Shown here: in pieces, positions 50,901 to 58,817 of the stretch
Layout: the number at the start of each line of letters is the position of its first letter
How positions within the stretch are numbered: position 1 is the stretch's first letter
Origin: Candidatus Latescibacterota bacterium
Lineage (GTDB): Bacteria; Latescibacterota; UBA2968; GCA-2709665
Direction of reading: 5' to 3'
DNA: 64,000 nucleotides
NCBI GenBank assembly: GCA_965222075.1
Contig: OZ244937.1
Coordinates: forward strand, 2,240,001 to 2,304,000
The notes under the pieces: model-generated
Seen by the model: only the letters and a program-made list of their open reading frames with translations
Database searches by the model: none
Told to the model about the DNA's origin: nothing
Program-made: the position numbers and the translations under genes

Positions 50901-53057
50901 GGCAAAGGCGGCAGTGCAACCATTGTCGTGGAGATCACCCTCACCGATGAAAACGAACCACCGGACAGACCCGATGCACCTGTAGTCACGGCCTCAACGT
51001 TGAACAGCCTGAGCATCCGCTGGACAGCCCCCACCAACCCCGGCCCTGCCATCAACGGCTACGACGTGCAGTACAGGGCAGAGGGCGGCAGTTTCACCGA
51101 CTGGCCCCATACCGGCACGGGCACGACCACGACCATCACGGGCCTGACCGCAAACACCCGTTACGAGGTGCAGGTGCGGGCGCGCAACACTCGCAACACT
51201 CAGGGAGAGAGCAACTGGTCGCCATCGGTTACCGGAACGACCATAGCCAATCAGTCTCCAGTCTTCAGCGAGGGGACGACCACGATGCGCAGCATGGCCG
51301 AGAACACAGGCGCAGGTCAGAACATCGGCAACCCGGTCAGTGCGACGGATGGCGACAGCGACCGCCTCACCTACAGCCTCGAAGGTATGGATGCCTCTGC
51401 ATTCACCATCCAGTCCAATAGCGGTCAACTCATAACTGGATCGGGTGTGACGTATGACTATGAGACACAGGACAACTATTCGGTAACAGTGCGGGCACAG
51501 GACGACAAAGGCGGCAGTGTGACCATTATCGTGGAGATCACCCTCACCGATGAGAACGAACCGCCACGTAGACCCGATGCGCCCACAGTCACAGCCTCGT
51601 CGAATAGCCTGAGCATCCGTTGGGCAGCGCCGGAGAATACCGGGCCTGCCATCAGCGACTACGACGTACAGTACAGGGAGGCAGGTGGCAGTTTCACCGA
51701 CTGGCCCCATATTGGGCCGGGCCTGAACACGACGATTACGGGCTTGACCTCTGATACCCGTTATGAGGTGCAGGTCCGGGCGACCAACGACGAAGGCACG
51801 GGCGACTGGTCGCCATCGGGCAGTGGCACCCCCCTTAGTCCCCCTCCCGGCTTTGCCCCGGTAGACCAGAATGCATTCAACGCGCTTGTTGTTGACAAAG
51901 TCCTCTCAGTAGAAACCTATTATATTGAGTTTGTATCTGCTGGTCGCTTTGAGGAAAACAATGAATATCCGGGAAGCTATACATATTCAAATACCGGCTC
52001 GAATACCGGCACGCTTACGCAAAATTATGATGGGGGGCAGCTGGGTGGTACCTGTACAATCGAACTGACCTTCTCTTCAACAACCACAGGCACGTTACGC
52101 GCCAGATGTGGAAGCGACGAAAACTACGATCCACCCCAGGAGTGGCTGCTTTCCGATGCGCCCGACCCCAGCGCCTTCAATATCGAAGTCATTTGGGTCG
52201 GCGGCGAGCCATCTGAAGATCACAGGGCAGCCTTCAATGCCGCGGTTACGCGTTGGGAGAGCATCATCACGAGTGACATCCCTGATATTTTTGTTGATAT
52301 AGGGACCGGGGGTGAGACAGACGGCGTTAAGGTCTTCGGTCTCATAGACGACCTGCGGATCTACGCACGCCTCACGGATATTGATGGCGAAGGTGGAACC
52401 CTGGGCAGAGCAGGCCCCCGATTAAGGCGCGGACAATCGAAATTGCCGATCGTAGCGCGAATGGAATTCGACACGTCCGACCTGGGCGATTTTACGCCTG
52501 AAGCCCTGCAAGATCTCTTTCTGCATGAAATGGGGCACTGTTTGGGGGTCGGCACTTTGTGGGAACGCCTCGGCTTGTTAGAAAATCCCTCAATCGTCAC
52601 GTTTTTTATTTTTCCCGTAGAGGTGGATGATGCCGACACGCATTTCACGGGTGCAAGTGCGATTGAGGCGTTCAATGACGCTGGCGGAACGGACTACGCG
52701 GATGGAAAGGTGCCGGTGGAAAATGAGAAAGGGGGAGCGGGTACACGGGACGGTCACTGGCGGCAGTCTGTGTTCGGCCCCAATGAGCTCATGGAAGGAT
52801 TCGCTTCTCCCAGTGCTGCGATGCAACAACCGTTGAGCGCGATCACGATCCAGTCTCTGGCCGATCTGGGCTACATCGTCAATGTCAACCAGGCAGATGA
52901 GTACACGCTACCCTCTCCTGCCGCTACAAAATTGGCGATATCATCTGAGCACCTGATCCCGATCAACTGCATCATAATAGAACCCATCGGCGTGATTGAT
53001 GAGCACAGGCCGATCGAGTTGAAGCCCAAGCGTGTGAAGATGCCTGAGGATCAATGA
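44922..53057 (+). CDS. giant surface protein: cohesin-like, dockerin-like, 7 CARDB, 6 cadherin-like, 6 FN3 domains and C-terminal leishmanolysin-like (M8) metallopeptidase
   Basis: PDL.VES..YYYGAC..ES.T.NNCS (CARDB); NQPPVF..ENT..YDYET (cadherin); W.AP..YEVQVRA (FN3); HEMGHCLG...GHW...ELM. Confidence 0.9.
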   Translation: MKSPVKFLSFALGISILLSLILLIYPWSLSPQTSSFSLSLDLDNSAGDQAASSLDVSPDQIVSIQIFGKDIQNANGLSTLLEYDATQVIYKKFTVGDVLPNPLVEQDSTFGPAQAKAFVQIDMASLEGSTTANSSLIGTLRFHTTDAFSSTEIRLVRAGLGREGQFETVTTAISVALQVAAAPSPDFDGSGTVDFPDFLAFVSVFGSEEGQDNYDAKYDLNSDGKIVFEDFQILTHSFGKTVVAQKPPTPPKSPKVSAQSTPASSPDLIVESFSVSDSILDAGATFTLSATVRNQGTGTSPLLMNLDYYRSTDETISTSDTKVGWDLVRRLAASEISDESTRVWAPSSGGTYYYGACIEAVSGESDTDNNCSNAVTVTVGSPDLIVEPPSVSDSSPKAGASFTLSATVRNQGNGTSPFLMTLNYYLSTDATISTSDTKVGWDHVSRLAASGTSDESARVRAPSSDGTYYYGACIEAVSGESDTDNNCSNAVTVTVGSTTTPPTPNQPPVFSEGASATRSIAENTGAGQNIGNPVSATDGDGDRLTYSLEGRDASAFTIQSNSGQLVTRSGVTYDYETKNSYSVTVRAQDGKGGSATIIVEITLTDENEPPGRPDAPTVTASTLNSLSIRWTAPTNPGPAISDYDVQYRAEGGSFTDWPHTGTGTTTTITGLTANTRYEVQVRARNTQGESNWSPSVNGTTIANQSPAFSEGTSTTRSIAENTGAGQNINNPVSATDGDSDRLTYSLEGRDASAFTIQSNSGQLMTGSGVTYDYETKNSYSVTVRAQDGKGGSATIAVEITLTDENEPPGRPDAPTVTAASSTSLKVTWTAPDNPGPAISDYDVQYRAEGERSFTDWPHTGTGTTTTTITGLTASTRYEVQVRATSDEGTGDWSPPGSGMTSSGGGSGGGGSGGGGNNPDLIVESPSVSNSTLGPGESFRLNATVRNQGGSRSASTTLRYYLSTDETISTGDTEVDTDYVSRLDPSGISDESARLTAPPGEGTYYYGACVVAVTGESNTDNNCSSPVTVTVIGPDLVVESPSVSDSTLGPGESFYLNATVHNQGGSRSASTTLRYYLSTDETISTGDTEVDTDYVSRLDASESGDESARLTAPPGEGTYYYGACIEAVSGESNTDNNCSSPVSVTVVGPDLVVESPSVSDSSPKAGAYFTLSATVRNQGGSRSASTTLRYYLSTDETISTGDTELDTDYVSRLAASESGDESARVRAPSSEGTYYYGACIEAVSGESDTDNNCSNAVTVTVGSTTTPPTPNQPPVFSEGTSATRSIAENTGAGQNIGNPVSATDGDSDRLTYSLEGRDASAFTIQSNSGQLVTRSGVTYDYETKNSYSVTVRAQDGKGGSATIAVEITLTDENEPPDRPDAPTITASTLNSLSIRWTAPTNPGPAISDYDVQYRAEGGSFTDWPHTGTGTTTTITGLTANTRYEVQVRARNTQGESNWSPSVTGTTTTNQSPVFSEGTTTMRSIAENTGAGQNIGNPVSATDDDSDRLTYSLEGRDASAFTIQSNSGQLITRLGERYDYETQDSYSVTVRAQDGKGGSATIAVEITLTDENEPPGRPDAPTVTAASSTSLKVTWTAPDNPGPAISDYDVQYRAEGERSFTDWPHTGTGTTTTRTGLTANTRYEVQVRATSDEGTGDWSLSGSGTTSSDGGNNPDLTVELPSVSNSTLAPEQSFRLSATVRNQGGSQSASTTLRYYLSTDETISTGDTEVDTDYVSRLDPSEISDESARLKAPSSDGTYYYGACVVAVSGESDTDNNCSGPVTVTVVGPDLVVESPSVDNNTPTPGRLIKLSATVRNQGGGRSSFTTLRYYQSTDETIDSSDTEVYKNYVSSLDPSEISDKWILFSAPSSAGTYYYGACVEAVTGESDTDNNCSRAVTVTIRSAPPPPAPNQPPVFSEGASTTRSIAENTGAGQNIGNPVSATDDDSDRLTYSLQGRDASAFTIQSNSGQLVTRSGVTYDYETQDSYSVTVRAQDGKGGSATIVVEITLTDENEPPDRPDAPVVTASTLNSLSIRWTAPTNPGPAINGYDVQYRAEGGSFTDWPHTGTGTTTTITGLTANTRYEVQVRARNTRNTQGESNWSPSVTGTTIANQSPVFSEGTTTMRSMAENTGAGQNIGNPVSATDGDSDRLTYSLEGMDASAFTIQSNSGQLITGSGVTYDYETQDNYSVTVRAQDDKGGSVTIIVEITLTDENEPPRRPDAPTVTASSNSLSIRWAAPENTGPAISDYDVQYREAGGSFTDWPHIGPGLNTTITGLTSDTRYEVQVRATNDEGTGDWSPSGSGTPLSPPPGFAPVDQNAFNALVVDKVLSVETYYIEFVSAGRFEENNEYPGSYTYSNTGSNTGTLTQNYDGGQLGGTCTIELTFSSTTTGTLRARCGSDENYDPPQEWLLSDAPDPSAFNIEVIWVGGEPSEDHRAAFNAAVTRWESIITSDIPDIFVDIGTGGETDGVKVFGLIDDLRIYARLTDIDGEGGTLGRAGPRLRRGQSKLPIVARMEFDTSDLGDFTPEALQDLFLHEMGHCLGVGTLWERLGLLENPSIVTFFIFPVEVDDADTHFTGASAIEAFNDAGGTDYADGKVPVENEKGGAGTRDGHWRQSVFGPNELMEGFASPSAAMQQPLSAITIQSLADLGYIVNVNQADEYTLPSPAATKLAISSEHLIPINCIIIEPIGVIDEHRPIELKPKRVKMPEDQ

Positions 53058-53088
53058 AATTCCGATACCGAGAAATTGCTGAAATACA

Positions 53089-54525
53089 ATGCTAAATCTC
53101 ACACCCTTGTCTTTTGTCATGTCCATTCTTAAACCCATGACACTCTGTTCTCTATTCACATCACTGCTCTTGATCCCATCGTTTGCACAACACTTTTTAG
53201 GCGCGTTTTCAGGGTTGGTACTCCAGGTTGATACGCAACTCGAAAGTCCTGTGCAAAACAACAATGTGCAGACCCTTCCCGAACAAGAGACGGGGGATAC
53301 GATCCGGTTTCAGCTTTTCGTACCAGCAGGCGCGGGTCACTCTACCAATGGTTATACAGTAGAACTCGATCTGCCGGGCAAGACATTTTCCAGCTATATC
53401 GGGAATGTATCAGGCAAGGATTGGACAGGAGGAGCGCTGATAGGCACTGGCTCTACAAAGTCCGCGTTATTCACCACGGGTGTTTCTGTGCCCTCAACGG
53501 GTTATTTGGGGCAGCTTGATTTACAGGTGATGAGGCCGCTTAAGGATGGGGCGACACTGATCGTCAAAAGCCTTTCAATAACCAGTGGGAGCAATGTTGA
53601 CGTGTTGGATGTGTCAAATGCGATCATCTCTTTTACTGTACTGACAACTGGTCCCGGTGATTTTGATGGCAGTGGGGACGTAAATTTGGCGGATTTTCTG
53701 CTCTTTGCCGCAGTTTTTAACAAGTCATCATCGGATGTGGAGTTTGATGCGCGGATGGATTTTGATGGCAATGGGAACGTAAATTTGGCAGATTTTCTGG
53801 TGTTTGCGGAGGTGTTTGGCACAACGTATTCCACAGGCGGCGGGCAAGGCGGTGGAGGGCAAGAAGGGATCGGCCCGAATCAGGCGCCGAGGGCGGTAGA
53901 AAACATCGCCGACCAGGACATGATCCAGGGAGAGGGTGACGCTGTGTTGGATGTATCCCCGTACTTCCGGGACGGGGATAGAGACGAGTTGACGTTCGCA
54001 GCGGTGTCGAGCGACGAATCGGTCGCGACGGTCGTGATATCCGGTTCGACGGCGACAATCAAACCTGTATCGCCAGGTAGTGCCGCGGTGACGGTGACAG
54101 CCATGGATCCGGGTGGATTGAGCGCCACGCAGCGTTTCCGGGTGTATGTGGAAGCCCCCGGCCCCCCACTGACAGGACCCTATGAACCGCTGGAATGGAT
54201 CAGCGTCTCTCCCGGCCGGATCGTGTGGCGGCCCGTCTCCTTCATTCCCTTCAGGTGCCTCGGTTGGTCGGTTGCCACCGTAAACGGCGTTACGTACGAA
54301 ATCCACTTTTCTCAGTGGCAGAGGAGAGACAACTCAAGAAGCCCCTGGACCGATATCCCCGGTACGAGAAAAGCCAGAAAAATGTGCGGCTACACCCCTG
54401 ACACATCGGGTGAATACAGACTCGTTATGGAGCTATCGATCAACGGAATCCGGGGACGATACGCCAGTTCGAACACGATTACCGCGATATGCGATGGCGG
54501 GGAGTGTCGATTTTTCCAGCTATAG
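53089..54525 (+). CDS. secreted protein: cohesin-like + dockerin-like EF-hand + Ig-like + Cys-containing C-terminal domain
   Basis: GDTIRFQLF..NGYTVEL beta-sandwich; DFDGSGDVNLADF twice; NQAP..YF.D.D.D.LTF.A.SSD.SVA Ig. Confidence 0.78.
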   Translation: MLNLTPLSFVMSILKPMTLCSLFTSLLLIPSFAQHFLGAFSGLVLQVDTQLESPVQNNNVQTLPEQETGDTIRFQLFVPAGAGHSTNGYTVELDLPGKTFSSYIGNVSGKDWTGGALIGTGSTKSALFTTGVSVPSTGYLGQLDLQVMRPLKDGATLIVKSLSITSGSNVDVLDVSNAIISFTVLTTGPGDFDGSGDVNLADFLLFAAVFNKSSSDVEFDARMDFDGNGNVNLADFLVFAEVFGTTYSTGGGQGGGGQEGIGPNQAPRAVENIADQDMIQGEGDAVLDVSPYFRDGDRDELTFAAVSSDESVATVVISGSTATIKPVSPGSAAVTVTAMDPGGLSATQRFRVYVEAPGPPLTGPYEPLEWISVSPGRIVWRPVSFIPFRCLGWSVATVNGVTYEIHFSQWQRRDNSRSPWTDIPGTRKARKMCGYTPDTSGEYRLVMELSINGIRGRYASSNTITAICDGGECRFFQL

Positions 54526-54616
54526 GCGGATGCGACGTGTACCTGCTCATTTCCCGCCAGCCGTTTCCGGGCACAAGATGACCTGAAATGAACATGATTT
54601 GGAGCAACCTGAACCC

Positions 54617-54787
54617 ATGAAAACCTCCGTTCTCCAATCCGCGTTTCCTGCCTTAATGGCATTCGTACTCTCGCTCCCGACCGTCGGCTATGCCTCTTCC
54701 TCCGCATTCGAGTGGCTGCTCCTCTACCGACACGCAGGCTACGACTCACCTACAACCTGCGAGGAAAGACACCAGACATGGGCTTGA
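54617..54787 (+). pseudogene. orphan signal-peptide remnant related to the 63225 peptidase
   Basis: MKTSVLQSAFPALMAFVLSLPTVGYASS aligns with MKPPVLRFTLFAMLGVFLCLPVAGHASP. Confidence 0.5.
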
Positions 54788-57084
54788 CACCCAAGCCTGA
54801 AACCGTCCACGAAACCGGGGTAACTCCAGGACAGCGGCAAAGACGATACGCAAATTGCCGGTTGGTTCAACGCTTTTTTGCTTTGGGTTTGTTTTTTTGG
54901 TGTTTGAGTTCCGTTCTATTTTACGCTTTTCCCACTTTTTCAGAACAAAGACCCCGAGTCGCTCTTGTGTTCAGTGGGGGTTCACGTGGAGGAGCGCATA
55001 TAGGGGCATTGCGTGCGCTCGAGCGCGGAGGCGTGCCGATTGATTTGATTGTGGGCGTGAGTTATGGCGCATTGGTTGGAGGATTGTACGCTGCCGGATA
55101 TTCCGTTGATGACCTTGAACGCATTATTCTGGAGACGGACTGGGAGAAAATGGCTGACGACAATCCCGACCGCCGACTGTTGAATATGAATCGCAAACCC
55201 ATAAGCGATCGACAGATGATAGAATTCAGGCTGGATAAATTGGAACCGAGTTTGCCGCTGGGGCTGGGGATTTTTTCAGGGCAAAAGATGCAGCAGTTTC
55301 TCAATCGATTGACCATCGGCGCAACGAGCAAGGCGCGAAACGACTTTGATCGGCTTCCAACGCCCTTTCGCGCAATTGCAACAGATGTTTTATCTGGCGA
55401 ACAGGTCGTGCTTAAGAGTGGCCTGCTCGGCACGGCACTCCGAGCGAGTGTTACATGGCCTGGGCTGTTTGCACCGGTGAGCACTGAACAAACCCATCTC
55501 GTGGATGGTGGTATTATCAACAATTTGCCCGTAGATGTCGCATTGGACGCCGGGGCCGATTTTGTTATTGCCATTGATTGTACAACGCCATTGAAGTCTC
55601 AAAAGCATGAGATTGAAAATCTGATCAATGTGATCGGTCAGATCATTGGTTTTCAAACTGAAAAGCGAAACATAGCAAATCGAAAACGCGCCCATGTGTT
55701 GATCAGGCCCAACTTGAGTGAATTTGATGCGATCAATTTTGATCAAGAGCACCTTCTGATCCCAGTCGGAGAAAAAGAAGCCGAAAAACATCTGGATGCG
55801 ATTTGGAAGACTCTGCAATCGCTTGGGATTTCGAGGCGCGTTGGAAAGCCGAGACCGTCCGTATTACCGGACGATTTTAATCCTGAAACCTGGCCAGGAA
55901 TGCCATTGGATATGATGATTGACCGGGTTCAGATTGAGGGATTGGAACGCTATACCCGAGAGGTTTTTACATCGCGGTTGAAGAAGCTCGTTAATAGGCC
56001 CATATCGTTTCGAGAACTGGATAGGGAAGCAGCCCTGCTTTATGCGACAGGATTATTTCAAACGGTGGATTATCAGATTCTCTATCGGGATAACCAGATC
56101 GATTTGGTCTTTGTTGTGCGCGAAACCAATCCTTGGGAAGTGAAAGTGGGATTTCATTACGACCATGATTTTCAGTTTTTGATGTTGGGAGAATTTGCGC
56201 GTCAAAATACTTTTGGGCGCGTGCCGAGATTCTATGTTCGCGGTTTGGGTTTGTCCGACAAATTGCACTTTGCCGAAACGGGTCTGATTTTTCGTCCACC
56301 TATTGGCCCGCGTATTTTGGGCGAGGCTCAATGGTGGGATCAAGAACGGTTGTATTTTCAAAATGGGCACCGCCAGGGCGAGTATCGGGAAGGGCGTTTT
56401 CGCACGCGTTTGGGACTGCAGGTTTTGTTCCACAGTTGGGGAAGTTTCAAAGCGGGGTATCTGGTTGAGCATGTCCGCATTCGCAATACGGTCCATTCAA
56501 TGGACAATGTGTCCGAATATGTACCCGGCTATTGGCTGTCTGCAAGCGTTGACACCCGAGACGATGGGATATTGCCAAAGCGAGGCATCTATTTTCAAAC
56601 GCAGGCAAAGTGGGCTCACCGGACATTTTCATACCAACAGGTGCAAACACAGCTTGCGTACTTCGCCAGTCCCCATCCGAAATTAAGTGTGGGTGTTTGG
56701 TCTCATGGAGGCTATGTGCCGCAGTCTGCACCAATTTACGAACGCTTTCACATGGGAGGTGCAAGGCATTTTAGCATGGCAGCATTGCGCGTGATCGGTC
56801 TTAGGCGAGATGAACTCAGGGCTTCCAGGTTCGTATCGGCGGGTATTTCTGTTTGGAACCATGTGAAACTTTGGGATGACCTGTCGCGCAGCGCAGTTGG
56901 AATTTTCTATCAGGGCGGCCTGTACAATTCGGCGCCCGATTCGAATCAACCAAATACCTGTATTCACGGTTTTGGCATGGGATTTTATATTGGCACGCGG
57001 TTTTTGGGGCCCATTCGCGTTGATGTTGTGGGCAAAAATAAAAAAGATATCCAGATTTATACCGCAATCGGATTTGCGTTTTGA
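54778..57084 (+). CDS. PlpD-like patatin phospholipase + POTRA + Omp85-type beta-barrel (type Vd autotransporter-like)
   Basis: ALVFSGG.RG.AHIG, GVSYG, VDGG; LYATGLFQTV POTRA; C-terminal GPIRVD...IGFAF; start uncertain. Confidence 0.87.
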   Translation: MGLTPKPETVHETGVTPGQRQRRYANCRLVQRFFALGLFFWCLSSVLFYAFPTFSEQRPRVALVFSGGSRGGAHIGALRALERGGVPIDLIVGVSYGALVGGLYAAGYSVDDLERIILETDWEKMADDNPDRRLLNMNRKPISDRQMIEFRLDKLEPSLPLGLGIFSGQKMQQFLNRLTIGATSKARNDFDRLPTPFRAIATDVLSGEQVVLKSGLLGTALRASVTWPGLFAPVSTEQTHLVDGGIINNLPVDVALDAGADFVIAIDCTTPLKSQKHEIENLINVIGQIIGFQTEKRNIANRKRAHVLIRPNLSEFDAINFDQEHLLIPVGEKEAEKHLDAIWKTLQSLGISRRVGKPRPSVLPDDFNPETWPGMPLDMMIDRVQIEGLERYTREVFTSRLKKLVNRPISFRELDREAALLYATGLFQTVDYQILYRDNQIDLVFVVRETNPWEVKVGFHYDHDFQFLMLGEFARQNTFGRVPRFYVRGLGLSDKLHFAETGLIFRPPIGPRILGEAQWWDQERLYFQNGHRQGEYREGRFRTRLGLQVLFHSWGSFKAGYLVEHVRIRNTVHSMDNVSEYVPGYWLSASVDTRDDGILPKRGIYFQTQAKWAHRTFSYQQVQTQLAYFASPHPKLSVGVWSHGGYVPQSAPIYERFHMGGARHFSMAALRVIGLRRDELRASRFVSAGISVWNHVKLWDDLSRSAVGIFYQGGLYNSAPDSNQPNTCIHGFGMGFYIGTRFLGPIRVDVVGKNKKDIQIYTAIGFAF

Positions 57085-57277
57085 TACGTTGGAAAAAGGG
57101 GAAAGAAAAGGTTACGGTAGTCCAGTACTTGAGTAACAGAAGTGTAGGTAACTGACTAATTTACAATAAGATCCGATATGTTAACGGTCAATATGGCAAA
57201 GTTGCTTTAAAATCAGCCATTATGCACTGAATTTTCGGTCAAGGTGTCGTTTTTGAGGATATAAAAGGAGGGCCACC

Positions 57278-58765
57278 GTGAAAGTACTTCTGATCAGTCC
57301 GCCACTTCACAGCCTCTACCACGCCGTCAGGATCATCATTCCACCCCTGGGTCTTCTCTATATCGCCGGCAAGCTCGACGCAGACGGTCACGACGTCGAA
57401 GTGCGGGATATGTCATTTTTCGATGGGCCGGAGACCTATGACGACTACGACCTGGTCGGCATTACGTGCACGACTCCCCAGTACCCGGCGGCGCTTCAGT
57501 ATGCCAGGCATGCCCACGATGCCGGGTGCCGCACCCTGATCGGCGGCACGCACGTCACCTTCACCACCCAGACCACCCTTCGCCTCGTTTATGTCGATTT
57601 CGTCATCCGGGGCGAGGGCGAGCAGGCCACCTCTATTTTGGTGCGCAACCTGGAGGAGGAAGGCTCCCGGTTCGATCCCCGGAAGGTCCCCAGCCTCTCC
57701 TGGTACGATCCGGAAACCAAAACCGTGGTGAACAATCCCCAGATCCCCGACATCGGCACCGTAGACGATCTCCCCCGTCCGGGACGTCATCTGCTTGATA
57801 TGGAGCCCTACAAAGTCACCGAACTCCTGGGAAATCCGGTAACTACCATGATCACCAGTCGGGGGTGTCCCTACAACTGCACCTTCTGTTCGGTGCCCAC
57901 CCTCTACCAGAAGCGCAAGTGGCGTTCTCGGGAGGCCGTCCTGGCCGTAGACGAGATAGAATACCTGGAGGAAACCTACGGCTTTGGCGGGGTACTCCTG
58001 GTCGACGACCTGCTGACAACCAACCATGTACGCGTCCACGAACTCTGTGCGGAAATCATCGACCGGGGCCTGAAGATAAACTGGTGGTGTCAGTCCCGCG
58101 CAGATATCCTGGTAAAACACCCCGAACTGGTGGAACACATGGCGGCGTCGGGCTGTTCCAACGTTTTCCTCGGCCTCGAGTCGGGAAACGAACACGTCCT
58201 GACCCACTGGAACAAAAAGATGAAGCTCGATATTGGCGGACAGGCCGTGGAACTGCTGCGCCAGCACGACATCCGGGCGCTCACCGCCTTCATTATCGGC
58301 ATGGAATTCGAGACCGAGGAGGATATCGACCGGACGATCGAATACGCCATCACCCTGGATGCCCACCAGGCGCAGTTCTCTATTCTCACCCCTTATCCGG
58401 GCACGGCCGACTGGGACCGAAACATCCCGCGCATCTTCGACAACAACTGGGCGAACTACACCGGCAGCAAGGTCGTCTTCCACCGGGATACGCTGCCGCC
58501 TGAAGTCATCGAGGCCAAACTCCGCAAAGCGTATATCTCGTTCTACAACCCCCTTCGCCGGTGGGATAAGCTCCTGAAAAACGTACCCGGGTTGAAGCCC
58601 GGTGAACTCTGGAGCGTCTGGCGCAAACTGCGCACCCAGCGCAAAGAGGTGATTTCCGAGATGGACCCCGTATCGAACCTCATCCCCCTGGCGCCCGAAT
58701 CGCGGGAGGAATGGCTGGCCGCTCAACCAAAGCCCCCGGTCGAGGGACTGATTGCCGCATCTTAA
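57278..58765 (+). CDS. B12-binding domain radical SAM protein
   Basis: PPLGLLYIA, GGTHVT, GEGE, SRGCPYNCTFC, GLESG, TPYPGT; GTG start after AAGGAGG. Confidence 0.92.
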   Translation: MKVLLISPPLHSLYHAVRIIIPPLGLLYIAGKLDADGHDVEVRDMSFFDGPETYDDYDLVGITCTTPQYPAALQYARHAHDAGCRTLIGGTHVTFTTQTTLRLVYVDFVIRGEGEQATSILVRNLEEEGSRFDPRKVPSLSWYDPETKTVVNNPQIPDIGTVDDLPRPGRHLLDMEPYKVTELLGNPVTTMITSRGCPYNCTFCSVPTLYQKRKWRSREAVLAVDEIEYLEETYGFGGVLLVDDLLTTNHVRVHELCAEIIDRGLKINWWCQSRADILVKHPELVEHMAASGCSNVFLGLESGNEHVLTHWNKKMKLDIGGQAVELLRQHDIRALTAFIIGMEFETEEDIDRTIEYAITLDAHQAQFSILTPYPGTADWDRNIPRIFDNNWANYTGSKVVFHRDTLPPEVIEAKLRKAYISFYNPLRRWDKLLKNVPGLKPGELWSVWRKLRTQRKEVISEMDPVSNLIPLAPESREEWLAAQPKPPVEGLIAAS

Positions 58766-58817
58766 ACCTTACGCCCCAATGGCCAAACAAATTCTGACAC
58801 AGAGGAGTGTTACCCAA

